From contig DIAS01000040.1 in assembly GCA_002415855.1 (NCBI GenBank), forward strand, positions 32,114 through 96,113: DNA of 64,000 nucleotides. Direction: 5' to 3'. How positions within the stretch are numbered: the first letter of the stretch is position 1; each line of letters starts with the position of its first letter. A program made the translations under genes and the position numbers. The stretch is from Bacteroidales bacterium UBA5072. GTDB taxonomy: Bacteria; Bacteroidota; Bacteroidia; Bacteroidales; UBA10428. Shown here one piece after another: positions 20,209-29,325 of the stretch. The notes under the pieces are model-generated. The model did not search any database. It was not told the DNA's origin and was given only the letters and a program-made list of their open reading frames with translations.

Positions 20209-21234
20209 ATGAACTCCGTATTCAGTATCCTGCTCATGGCAATCGGCAGCATTTGTGCCGCCAGTTTTTATGTACCCATTAAGAAGATCAAAGGGTGGTC
20301 GTGGGAGTCCTATTGGCTGGTGCAGGGGGTATTTTCCTGGATCATCGTGCCTGTTTTATTTGCATGGCTTACCGTCCCGGCGGGAACGCTGGGTTTGATC
20401 TTCAGCCAGGCACCGGCTTCGGCCAAACTTTGGGCAGTTTTTTACGGCGCGCTTTGGGGTATAGGCGGACTTACCTTCGGACTCAGCATGCGTTACCTGG
20501 GCGTAGCCCTTGGACAGTCGATAGCCCTGGGTTTGTGCGCGGGCATTGGCACTTTGGTTCCGCCTGTATTCAGCGGGCAGAACCTGTTCGTCGACAGATC
20601 GGGAATTCTTATGCTGATCGGCGTTTCCGTCAGCATTGCCGGTATTGCCATTATCGGCTATGCAGCAAGTTTGAAAAGCAGAAGCATGTCTGAAGCAGAA
20701 AAAAAATCCGCGGTTAAAGAATTTGCACTGAAGAAAGGGATCCTGATTGCAGTTCTGGCCGGCGTTATGAGTGCGTGCTTCAATTTCGGACTTACCAGTG
20801 GAAAACCCATACAGGATGCAGCATTACGTTTGGGTACGAATCCGCTTTTCGCCAAAAATCCGGTGATCCTTTTCGTTACGCTGGGAGGCTTTGTCACGAA
20901 CTTCATTTATTGTATCATCCTCAACATAAAGAACAGGACAGGCAAGGATTATTTATCTGTTTCCGGTCAGGTACTGGTTAACAATATTATCTTCTCAGCC
21001 CTGGGCGGCACACTCTGGTACATGCAGTTTTTCTTCATGGGCATGGGTGAGAGCAAACTACCCCCTGCCATGGTAGCCTTTGCCTGGAGCATCCTGATGT
21101 CGATGAACATCGCCTTCAGCAATATCTGGGGAATCATACTTAAAGAATGGAGAGGTGCAGACCGGAAAACAATTTCGGTTTTGGTTCTGGGCATCCTGGT
21201 GCTGGTCCTATCTACATTTGTAATTAAACTGTGA
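20209..21234 (+). CDS. rhaT: L-rhamnose/proton symporter
   Basis: Close block-by-block resemblance to E. coli RhaT from memory (FYVPIKKIKGWSWESYW, GLSMRYLG, EFALKKG, GGTLWYMQFFF, LKEW). 341 aa with ~10 TM helices. Confidence 0.85.
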   Translation: MNSVFSILLMAIGSICAASFYVPIKKIKGWSWESYWLVQGVFSWIIVPVLFAWLTVPAGTLGLIFSQAPASAKLWAVFYGALWGIGGLTFGLSMRYLGVALGQSIALGLCAGIGTLVPPVFSGQNLFVDRSGILMLIGVSVSIAGIAIIGYAASLKSRSMSEAEKKSAVKEFALKKGILIAVLAGVMSACFNFGLTSGKPIQDAALRLGTNPLFAKNPVILFVTLGGFVTNFIYCIILNIKNRTGKDYLSVSGQVLVNNIIFSALGGTLWYMQFFFMGMGESKLPPAMVAFAWSILMSMNIAFSNIWGIILKEWRGADRKTISVLVLGILVLVLSTFVIKL

Positions 21235-21880
21235 AAAGTCTGCACAGTTCAAGCGGATGATTTACCAGCTGTTTAGCGCCATTTGCCAGTAATTCCTCCC
21301 CTGATCTGAATCCCCAAAGCACTCCCACCGGATACATGCCTGCACTGGTGGCTGTGATCATGTCCACATCTGAATCTCCCACATAAATTATATCCCCGGG
21401 GGATAATCCCATCTGGTTACTGATGAACAAAGCCCCGGCCGGATGGGGTTTCCTTGGAAAATCAGTTCGGGCGCCCATTACTTTAACAAACTGGATATCC
21501 CGCAATAGCCTGGATACAATTCGATAGGTAAGCGGTTCGGCCTTGTTCGAAAAGACAGCCAGTTTTATGTTCAGGGACTTCAGTGTAGTCAGCATCTCCA
21601 GGATGCCATCGTATAGCCGCGTATTTACCAGGCAATTCTCCCTGTAATCTTCCATCATCTCAGCCAGGCACTTCGATACGATGGCAGGCTGGCGGGAATT
21701 CTCCGGCAATGACTGCTGCATCAGATTGTCCAGTCCCCTTCCAACAAGCAATTTGAAATCTTCCTCCGGATGGATCGGGTATCTGTGTGCTTTAAGCACA
21801 CGGTTCACCGATCCGGCTATATCTGAAAGTGTATCTGCCAGAGTTCCGTCGAGGTCGAAAATTGCGCCTTTAAAAGTCAT
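21224..21880 (-). CDS. HAD-superfamily hydrolase (phosphoglycolate phosphatase-like)
   Basis: HAD motif I FDLDGTLADT, motif II VFSNK, and motif III/IV K...YVGDSDVD. Confidence 0.85.
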   Translation of the reverse strand: MTFKGAIFDLDGTLADTLSDIAGSVNRVLKAHRYPIHPEEDFKLLVGRGLDNLMQQSLPENSRQPAIVSKCLAEMMEDYRENCLVNTRLYDGILEMLTTLKSLNIKLAVFSNKAEPLTYRIVSRLLRDIQFVKVMGARTDFPRKPHPAGALFISNQMGLSPGDIIYVGDSDVDMITATSAGMYPVGVLWGFRSGEELLANGAKQLVNHPLELCRLFTV

Positions 21881-21920
21881 GATTCAAAACGTTTTAAAAT
21901 AACAAGGTATATCAGGCTTT

Positions 21921-22769
21921 TTACGGGTGTTTTTTAAAGTATTCAATGATAATCCCCGGAGATGACATACCAGGCATGGATGCGAGTTTTCTGTATTTTT
22001 TCTTCATTTCCTTTACTTTTTCCGGATGCTTTGCGGCCAGGGCCATATCCCCCAGGTAGGTTTGCATCCGGGTGATGAGTTCACCGCCACCGGTCTCACC
22101 ATGCCCCGGAACAACCGTGCTGACTTCCGGCAATACACGCAGTTTCTTCAAGGCTTCTATTGATTTCCAGCCGTTGCTTCCTTTCCGCTCATCGAAAAAG
22201 GTATTGACACCGTTAAAAACCAGATCGCCTGTGACCAATAAATCCCTGTTCCTGAAATAAGCTACTATATCACACCAGGTATGTGCCTGCCCGACACTGA
22301 TCAGCATAACAGTCTCGTCACCCAGCCGGAGGTTCATCGTATCGGTTACCCATACCGAAGGCATACCCGCTTTGCCTTTGTTGGCAGTTATCCAGTAATT
22401 TTCATCAACCCTGCCTGAAATGATTTTTGCATTCCTGTACAACGGATTACCTCCGGTATGATCCAGGTCAGCATGTGTATTGACCACAATTACCGGTTTC
22501 GTGCCAGCCAGAGATTCCACCTTACGGTGTAGTCTTTCTGCAGATTTTCCAAACTTGGTATCGATAACAAGTACTGCGGAATCTGATTCAAAAACAACTG
22601 AATTGCCGCCTCCACCGAGGTATATCGTCAGTGCACTGTCTGCATGGATTACTGAATTTCCGAAATACAGTTTTTTCATTGTCGGAAAATAAACTGCAGC
22701 CAGTATAATAAAAAGTAAGGCAATGATTAAGAGGATTATGCCCAGGATTCTCAGAATTTTACGGATCAT
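21921..22769 (-). CDS. MBL-fold metallo-hydrolase, N-terminally membrane anchored
   Basis: Single N-terminal TM helix (ILGIILLIIALLFIILAAVYF). The MBL core motif has the variant THADLDHTGG, with downstream His residues (QAHTWCD, VPGHGE). Confidence 0.8.
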   Translation of the reverse strand: MIRKILRILGIILLIIALLFIILAAVYFPTMKKLYFGNSVIHADSALTIYLGGGGNSVVFESDSAVLVIDTKFGKSAERLHRKVESLAGTKPVIVVNTHADLDHTGGNPLYRNAKIISGRVDENYWITANKGKAGMPSVWVTDTMNLRLGDETVMLISVGQAHTWCDIVAYFRNRDLLVTGDLVFNGVNTFFDERKGSNGWKSIEALKKLRVLPEVSTVVPGHGETGGGELITRMQTYLGDMALAAKHPEKVKEMKKKYRKLASMPGMSSPGIIIEYFKKHP

Positions 22770-22798
22770 GGTTGGAGTAAATCAGGATTTGGGAATCG

Positions 22799-25201
22799 TT
22801 AATTGGTAAATTTCATATGGTAGTGTGCGCTTTCAAGGATTTTTTCTTTTGTAAAGTAGTCCGGATGGTATTTTCCGCTGACATACAAATCAGTCTGGTC
22901 GCAATAGTGTTTGCTGGCAGGTATACCTGAATTGCCGGTTGGGATTATGGTAAGTGAATTATCCCAGTTACTCAGGTCGAAGATATGGCGGTGTGATGCG
23001 CCATGATTGGCATCGTAGGGTTTGTTACTGTCATAGCTGTAAGGAGAAACCGTGTGGAAGCTTCCACCCACCGGGAAAGGACCGCGGTTCAGGCTGAATA
23101 CCCTGTCGAGTACCCTCACCGATCCCAATGGATGAGCCAGGATAAGCCGGTGTACGCTTCCCCATTCCCAATCATCGGGATTATTACCCAGTCTGATCTC
23201 GAGGTCGGCAACGGCGTGGGAAAATGCGGCTATAACGGTTTCATCGAAGCTCTCGGTCTTATTTTCTGTGGTAATATCGTCAAACCAGACAGATGCCTTG
23301 CTATCGATCAGCTGATCAGTGGCATTGCGTGTTATTGAGCTCACCCCGTTAAAACTGCTGAACAAATCGCCGCCCAGCTCATCAGCAAACGTGGAACGGA
23401 CAAACTGCATATAGAAGGTCTCGAAAATAGTGGCAGCCGGGCTTTTGGAACTCATAACGAAATTCCATCCTTTCAGTATTTCAAATGCCTTGCTTTCAAC
23501 AGGATTCATGTTCTGATAACCTTCCAGAGCCTTCACAACAGAAGGCATGTACTTTTCCGCCATTTTCGATTGCTGATCCAGCTGTATCGTCTCGAAGTCC
23601 TCAACTGATAAAACTTCCCTGGCTGAAAGCATCTCCGCTATTCTTTCAAAACGGCTGGGTTGCGCATACCACGAACCGATATGGTAGGGATAATCGGGCG
23701 GGGCTGTCCGGTTGTTTGCAGAGGCTACAAAACCATTTGCAGGATTGTAAAGATAAGGCAGCTCTTCGAAAGGGACATACCCTTTCCAGTCATAGGCATC
23801 CGAATTGCCGGGCAGGATGCCAAACTGTATGTCCCTTTTGCGGATGGGAATGCCTGCAGCACAATACAGGCCAATGTTGCCTTTCTTATCGGCATATACA
23901 ATGTTCTGACTAATGGAGGTAAAGGTTTTCAGGGCATCGGTGAAATCCTTCCAATTGTTGGCCCGGTTCAGTAAAAACACGGTCCGGATTTCATTGCTCA
24001 TTTCATCACCCACCCAATGCATGGTAACTACCTTCTTCGCCAATTTTTTAAAGGAGGATACCACCGGCCCCCTGTGGGAAAAACGCAAAGTTTTTTCAAC
24101 CTGCTCTCCGCCGCTGATTTTGATGACTGTTTTTCTGTCTTCGAAGTTCCGCCATGCTCCGTTGTATTGATACTTTGTGGAATCCTCAGGATTAATCGTC
24201 TCCTCATAAAAATCGAGATTATCCACGTAAGTATTGGTCATGCCCCATGCGATGCTGTCATTGTGACCGCAAATGACAAAGGGAGTCCCCGGGAGCACCA
24301 GGCCGGTCACATTAAGCTTCCCGCTGATGAACTGATGCATCTGGTACCAGATGCCCGGGACACTGAGACCCAGATGCATGTCATTGGCCAGCAGAGGCAT
24401 GCCGGTGGTGCTTTTCGAACCGGAAACAGCCCAGTTATTGCTTGCCTCCAGAACATCTGCGCCGAGTGGTTGTAAGGTGGCCATATGAAGGAGCATATCC
24501 GGCAACAGGGTCGATGTGCTGCCATTCCTGCTGTTCCCGGGGTAAACAACCGGCTGGTTCCGCAACAGGTCAGGCAGTAGCTGCCGGTATCTAACGGAAT
24601 CCACAGTGTTCCTGATGTTGGAGAGAAGTATCTCACTCCAACCGGCTTTCAGGTCCCAGGCCATATACCCCACCATGTTTACCGTATGAAAGGGTTCCCA
24701 CTTTTCCGGACGGTACTTCAGGATAGTGAATTCAGGAGGCAGATTATCCTCGTTATCGGCAATGTACTGGTTGACTCCCTCTGCGAAAGCGGTCAATGCT
24801 TCAAGGATGGCAGGATCAGCCTGTGAGAGTATATTCTCTGATTTTTCGCGAAAGCGTAATGCCCTTAATATCTGATCGTTTTCAATATAATCCTTTCCAA
24901 ATATTTCAGAAAGCCTACCCTCCGTGACATGCCGCAACATGTCCATCTGCCAAAGCCTGTCCTGTGCCATGAGGTACCCCACTGCCAGGTACAGATCATG
25001 TTCATCCGCCGCATAAACATGGGGTATGGCATAGTTGTCACGGTACACCTCCACCGGGGCATGAAGTCCTGTCAAAGGAAGATCTTTGTTGTAATCGGGA
25101 AGGGCCCTGTGCCCGAGATGCCTTATAAAAGTAAAACCGGCGGCCACTGCAAGTGCCAGTAAAATCACTATGGCTAAGAGTATACGTTTCAGAATTTTCA
25201 T
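22799..25201 (-). CDS. penicillin acylase family (Ntn-hydrolase, S45) protein, N-terminally anchored
   Basis: 800 aa with an N-terminal TM helix. The predicted autoprocessing site is ...LEA|SNNWAVSG, with Ser254 as the beta-chain nucleophile. Blocks are typical of penicillin/AHL acylases (ANDMHL, HNDSIAWG). Confidence 0.85.
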   Translation of the reverse strand: MKILKRILLAIVILLALAVAAGFTFIRHLGHRALPDYNKDLPLTGLHAPVEVYRDNYAIPHVYAADEHDLYLAVGYLMAQDRLWQMDMLRHVTEGRLSEIFGKDYIENDQILRALRFREKSENILSQADPAILEALTAFAEGVNQYIADNEDNLPPEFTILKYRPEKWEPFHTVNMVGYMAWDLKAGWSEILLSNIRNTVDSVRYRQLLPDLLRNQPVVYPGNSRNGSTSTLLPDMLLHMATLQPLGADVLEASNNWAVSGSKSTTGMPLLANDMHLGLSVPGIWYQMHQFISGKLNVTGLVLPGTPFVICGHNDSIAWGMTNTYVDNLDFYEETINPEDSTKYQYNGAWRNFEDRKTVIKISGGEQVEKTLRFSHRGPVVSSFKKLAKKVVTMHWVGDEMSNEIRTVFLLNRANNWKDFTDALKTFTSISQNIVYADKKGNIGLYCAAGIPIRKRDIQFGILPGNSDAYDWKGYVPFEELPYLYNPANGFVASANNRTAPPDYPYHIGSWYAQPSRFERIAEMLSAREVLSVEDFETIQLDQQSKMAEKYMPSVVKALEGYQNMNPVESKAFEILKGWNFVMSSKSPAATIFETFYMQFVRSTFADELGGDLFSSFNGVSSITRNATDQLIDSKASVWFDDITTENKTESFDETVIAAFSHAVADLEIRLGNNPDDWEWGSVHRLILAHPLGSVRVLDRVFSLNRGPFPVGGSFHTVSPYSYDSNKPYDANHGASHRHIFDLSNWDNSLTIIPTGNSGIPASKHYCDQTDLYVSGKYHPDYFTKEKILESAHYHMKFTN

Positions 25202-25219
25202 GCGCGGTAAATTATGGGT

Positions 25220-26272
25220 TTATGGAAGACTAATTTTCAAGAATACCGGCTGATGATCTGAGTTTTCGAAACCCAGATCCGTGGTACTGATAGCCAGCGA
25301 CCTGATATTCGGCGAAAGCAGAAAGAAGTCTATCAGTGTGGTCCGTGTTATACCTTTTGTATAGGCAATATCAAGGCGTCGGTTGGTTGGTTTGGACGGA
25401 TCATAGATCCATTGCCAGTCAGCCGGCAGATAGTTGGTCTCGATCCCTTTGTTGTTGACGTCATCAAAAACTTCTGCCGTAAAAGCGGGAGTAAAAGCAG
25501 GAGGGCACTGGTTCCAGTCGCCACCGACTACAATATAATTGCCATTTTCATATTCCGAAAGCAGGAATTCCTTTAAATACTTCATCTGTTCGTCCCGGAT
25601 ACTGCCATCATCATAGGCCTCATTGTGCGTATTGATGACAAGCAGCTCCTTTCCGTCATTTACCGGGAAGCGCATGACCAGAAAACACCTGTCGAGCATA
25701 AACAACTGTTTTGGCCACCCATATTCACCGGGGAAAGTATACCGTACGGCAGTGGCCGGATTAAACCGGCTGAGTGAAAGCAATCCGGAGTTAACTGATC
25801 CCATGGGCTTCATGGGTGGTACAGGAACAAAAAAGACATTATAATTCTTGCCATAGAAGGAAGCGAAAGTATTGAAGGTCTCCGATAAGTCACTGACTTC
25901 ATTGAAGGAATAACTTCTTTTGCTTTTAACATCCACTTCCTGCAGCATAATGATATCAGCCGAATCATTACCCTTCAGGAATTGCCTGATGGAAGCATAA
26001 TTACGCATGAGTTGCGCTTCAGGTGTCCGGACCCCTTTGCCCCCGTCGTAAAAGAAATCCATCTGTTTATCGAGTCCGCAGTATCCGATATTCCAAATCA
26101 GAAGGCTGATCGTATCGGAACCGGGAATGGTATCAACCCTATCCTGAAATCCGGTCAGTTCCGTAGTTTTTGCCGGACTGTAATCTGATATGGAAGCGTA
26201 AAGGATCAGGAAAATGAATACCAATGCCACGATCAGTATTACTACCAAAAAGATCTTCAATATTCTGCGCAT
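25220..26272 (-). CDS. endonuclease/exonuclease/phosphatase (EEP) family protein, N-terminally anchored
   Basis: N-terminal TM helix, then EEP blocks (IMLQEV, NTHNEAYD, GGDWN, SDHQPV). Confidence 0.8.
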   Translation of the reverse strand: MRRILKIFLVVILIVALVFIFLILYASISDYSPAKTTELTGFQDRVDTIPGSDTISLLIWNIGYCGLDKQMDFFYDGGKGVRTPEAQLMRNYASIRQFLKGNDSADIIMLQEVDVKSKRSYSFNEVSDLSETFNTFASFYGKNYNVFFVPVPPMKPMGSVNSGLLSLSRFNPATAVRYTFPGEYGWPKQLFMLDRCFLVMRFPVNDGKELLVINTHNEAYDDGSIRDEQMKYLKEFLLSEYENGNYIVVGGDWNQCPPAFTPAFTAEVFDDVNNKGIETNYLPADWQWIYDPSKPTNRRLDIAYTKGITRTTLIDFFLLSPNIRSLAISTTDLGFENSDHQPVFLKISLP

Positions 26273-26407
26273 ATAAAAAGTATTTAATTGTGTGACCGAC
26301 AGTGCAATTTTCCTTAAAAATAGAACAAATTTCTGCTACCCCGGTTGATTGCTTGACTAAAAATACTAATTTAGATGTAATTCAAAGCTTGCCTAACCAG
26401 TATATCT

Positions 26408-27757
26408 ATGAAAATCAAGACATTGTTATTTTCAGCGTTCTTATTGACCGCTATTCTGCCTGTTTTAGCGCAGGCGCAAACAGATTCCATCCAGTCAACA
26501 AAAAAGGCCGATAAAATCAAAAAAGGCTGGAACTTTGGCGGAGTGCCGGTAATAGCCTATGATTCCGATATCGGATTTAAATACGGAGCAGTGGTAAATG
26601 TTTTCAATTACGGCGACGGAACGCGATATCCCAAATACGATCATTCTTTATATTTCGAATGGTCGCGTACCACCAAGGGAAGTGGGATCAACCAGTTTAT
26701 TTATGATTCCGAGCGACTCATACCAGGGATCAGGCTGTCAGTTGAAGCCAGTTTGCTGACCGAGCAATCGCTTGATTTTTTTGGTTTTAACGGCTATGAA
26801 TCTTATTACAATCCCGATCTGGAAGATGAAGATAGCGATAATTACCTGTCGCGGATGTATTATAACATGGATCGAAAACTCACCAGACTGAGGGCTGATT
26901 TTCAGGGCAAGATCACCGGACCGAAATTCCGCTGGCTCGCCGGTATCGAATACAGCAATGCCAAAATGAATACCGTGGATATTGAAAAGTTGAACAAGGG
27001 CAAGGACGATGATGAATTGCTGCCCGATACTGCACTTTTGTATGACAACTATGTTGCCTGGGGAATTATTCCGGAGGACCAGGCTAAAGGAGGCAAGGTA
27101 ACGCTGCTCAAAGCCGGACTGGTTTATGACACCAGGGACATTGAGGCCAATCCGATGAGGGGTATATGGACGGAAGTGCAATTGCTGGTTGCCCCCGCAT
27201 TCATGGGGAGTATTGACAATTCCTTCACCAAACTTGCCATTACCCACAGGCAGTACTTTACCCTTGCGCCACAGGTCCTGAACTTCGCCTACCGGTTAAG
27301 CTACCAGACAAAGCTGGGCGGTGAAATGCCTTACTATACGCTTCCTTTTGTTTACAATACAGCGCCGAATTACACGCGCGATGGTGTGGGAGGGTCAAAG
27401 ACCGTAAGGGGAGTGATGCGAAACAGGGTTGTCGGAGAAGGAGTTTTATTCGGAAACCTGGAGCTGCGCTGGAAATTTTTACGTACCACGCTCTTCAATC
27501 AGAACGTCTACCTTGCGCTGAGCGGCTTCCTCGACGGCGGGATGGTAACAAAGAAACATGATTTTGATAAGGCGGGAGTTCCGGCCGACCAGCTGTATAT
27601 GGTTGAAAACGCTGATGAGAAACTGCATCTTGGAGCCGGTGCCGGATTTCACTTTGTCATGAACCAGAATTTTGTGATCGCTGTTGATTACGGTCGTGCA
27701 CTTGACCCGGGTGACGGTGAGAGCGGGTTATATATCGGATTGAACTTCCTGTATTAG
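26408..27757 (+). CDS. outer-membrane beta-barrel protein (Omp85/surface-antigen-like barrel only)
   Basis: Signal peptide ...PVLAQAQ, alternating beta-strand pattern throughout, and a C-terminal aromatic beta-signal GLNFLY. Confidence 0.55.
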   Translation: MKIKTLLFSAFLLTAILPVLAQAQTDSIQSTKKADKIKKGWNFGGVPVIAYDSDIGFKYGAVVNVFNYGDGTRYPKYDHSLYFEWSRTTKGSGINQFIYDSERLIPGIRLSVEASLLTEQSLDFFGFNGYESYYNPDLEDEDSDNYLSRMYYNMDRKLTRLRADFQGKITGPKFRWLAGIEYSNAKMNTVDIEKLNKGKDDDELLPDTALLYDNYVAWGIIPEDQAKGGKVTLLKAGLVYDTRDIEANPMRGIWTEVQLLVAPAFMGSIDNSFTKLAITHRQYFTLAPQVLNFAYRLSYQTKLGGEMPYYTLPFVYNTAPNYTRDGVGGSKTVRGVMRNRVVGEGVLFGNLELRWKFLRTTLFNQNVYLALSGFLDGGMVTKKHDFDKAGVPADQLYMVENADEKLHLGAGAGFHFVMNQNFVIAVDYGRALDPGDGESGLYIGLNFLY

Positions 27758-27807
27758 GCTGTCTCCGTAAATGCCCGGAGGAGCGGTATTATGACAATAG
27801 AATCATC

Positions 27808-28686
27808 ATGAAGACTTTACACTTTATTTCAAATTTTGCCTGGGCGCTGGCAATCTTGATATCCTGCAAATCATCCACCCATTTTGAAGGCGGTGATCCC
27901 GGGATTGCCGAAATGAAACTGATGGACGTTAATGCTCCGCCGCCGGCCTCGCCCCTTCCCGAAACCTTTGCAACGGATGAATCCATGCCTCCGGTTGCTG
28001 TCGGCACGGTTGAAAATCCTGTTGTTGCACGTAAAATCATCAGGGATGGCCGCATGGAGATCCGCGTCAGGGAATTGGAACAGGGCAAAAAAGAAATTGA
28101 CAGCCTTGTGGAAAAATATAAGGGATATTATGCGGATGAAACTTTTAACAACCAGGACTTTGCTCATGGGTATGCTTTGAAGATCAGGGTACCCGCTGCC
28201 GGCTTTGATGCTTTTATTGCCGAAATTGAATCGGGAGCAGGAGAGGTAGCCTTCAAGAATATTTCTTCCCGGGATGTCACCGAGGAATACATTGATCTGG
28301 AAACCCGATTGAAAAACAAACGGAATTACCTGGGCCGTTATGGTGATCTTCTGAAACAGGCCCGATCCGTAAAAGATATACTTGAAATAGAAGAAAAAAC
28401 CAGGTTGATCGAGGAGGAAATTGAAAGTGCCGAGGGAAGGCTGAAGTACCTGAATAACCAGATCGATTTCAGCACACTTGATCTGCAGATTTCCCGGAAA
28501 AATGATTTCAACCTTAACCAAAATAACAAAGGCAAGTTCATCGACCGGCTGAAACTGGCACTCGTAAAAGGCTGGTTCGGGCTGGTAAGCTTTGCACTCT
28601 TCGTAATCAAGCTGTGGCCATTCTGGATCATTGCAGGTATGTTATACTATTTGGTCCGGAGGTTCCTGAAGAAAAGGAAGAAATAA
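27808..28686 (+). CDS. DUF4349-like lipoprotein with C-terminal TM helices
   Basis: Lipobox ILISC. The architecture is typical of DUF4349: a coiled-coil segment (EEKTRLIEEEIESAEGRLKYLNNQ) and a hydrophobic C-terminus ending in a basic tail. Confidence 0.6.
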   Translation: MKTLHFISNFAWALAILISCKSSTHFEGGDPGIAEMKLMDVNAPPPASPLPETFATDESMPPVAVGTVENPVVARKIIRDGRMEIRVRELEQGKKEIDSLVEKYKGYYADETFNNQDFAHGYALKIRVPAAGFDAFIAEIESGAGEVAFKNISSRDVTEEYIDLETRLKNKRNYLGRYGDLLKQARSVKDILEIEEKTRLIEEEIESAEGRLKYLNNQIDFSTLDLQISRKNDFNLNQNNKGKFIDRLKLALVKGWFGLVSFALFVIKLWPFWIIAGMLYYLVRRFLKKRKK

Positions 28687-28888
28687 TGGGACGGACTTTG
28701 AAGGACCGGCAGCGGCGTTGGCAATTTGCCCGGGAATATTTTCAGAGCCATCCTGAGCGGCAGCGAAGGATCTTTACATCAGGATGCTTCTCTTCGGTCA
28801 GCATGACAAATCGTTCCTTCCGGTCACCATGACAAAAAGAATGACAATAAATAAACCATAAAATATTTCCACATCCCATAAATTAACT

Positions 28889-28896
28889 TATTTTTG
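28889..28896 (+). promoter_or_regulatory. candidate -7 promoter box for the RRM protein gene
   Basis: TATTTTTG matches the Bacteroidota TAnnTTTG consensus. It lies 37 nt upstream of ATG 28934 in a very AT-rich spacer. Confidence 0.4.
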
Positions 28897-28933
28897 TATT
28901 GATAATCTATTCATTTTTTTATTTATTTATTTT

Positions 28934-29218
28934 ATGAACATTTACGTAGGTAATCTTCATTTCAATGTTAGTGAAGACGAATTAAGAAAAGCTTTTGAGG
29001 AATATGGTGAAGTTGCATCGGTTAAAATTATAACCGACAAGTATTCCGGAAGAAGTAAAGGTTTTGGTTTTGTTGAGATGCTGAACGACAAGGAAGCAAA
29101 AGAGGCTATTGACAACTTGAATGGCGCTGAAATTAAAGGACGTGCTGTAAACGTTAACCAGGCCAGAGAGAAAGAAAATAATTCCGGCGAAAGACGGAAT
29201 TTCAGACCAAGATCCTAA
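28934..29218 (+). CDS. RRM-domain RNA-binding protein
   Basis: RNP2 IYVGNL and RNP1 KGFGFVEM. At 94 aa it has a short Arg-rich tail. Confidence 0.92.
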   Translation: MNIYVGNLHFNVSEDELRKAFEEYGEVASVKIITDKYSGRSKGFGFVEMLNDKEAKEAIDNLNGAEIKGRAVNVNQAREKENNSGERRNFRPRS

Positions 29219-29233
29219 TTATGGAACCCAAGG

Positions 29234-29267
29234 CCTGACAGCGTCACCTGACCTGTCGGTGTTTTTT
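29234..29267 (+). terminator. rho-independent terminator of the RRM gene
   Basis: Stem CC(T)GACAG / CTGTCGG with an 11-nt loop, followed by TGTTTTTT. Confidence 0.5.
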
Positions 29268-29268
29268 G

Positions 29269-29303
29269 AAAAAAAATAACCTGGTATGCTCGCATACCAG
29301 GTT
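29269..29303 (-). terminator. rho-independent terminator of the FadL-like gene
   Basis: Perfect 11-bp stem AACCTGGTATG / CATACCAGGTT with a 4-nt loop. On the minus strand it is followed by A plus T8 (A-run 29269-29276). Confidence 0.65.
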
Positions 29304-29325
29304 AAGTTATTTAGAGGGGTCTGGA

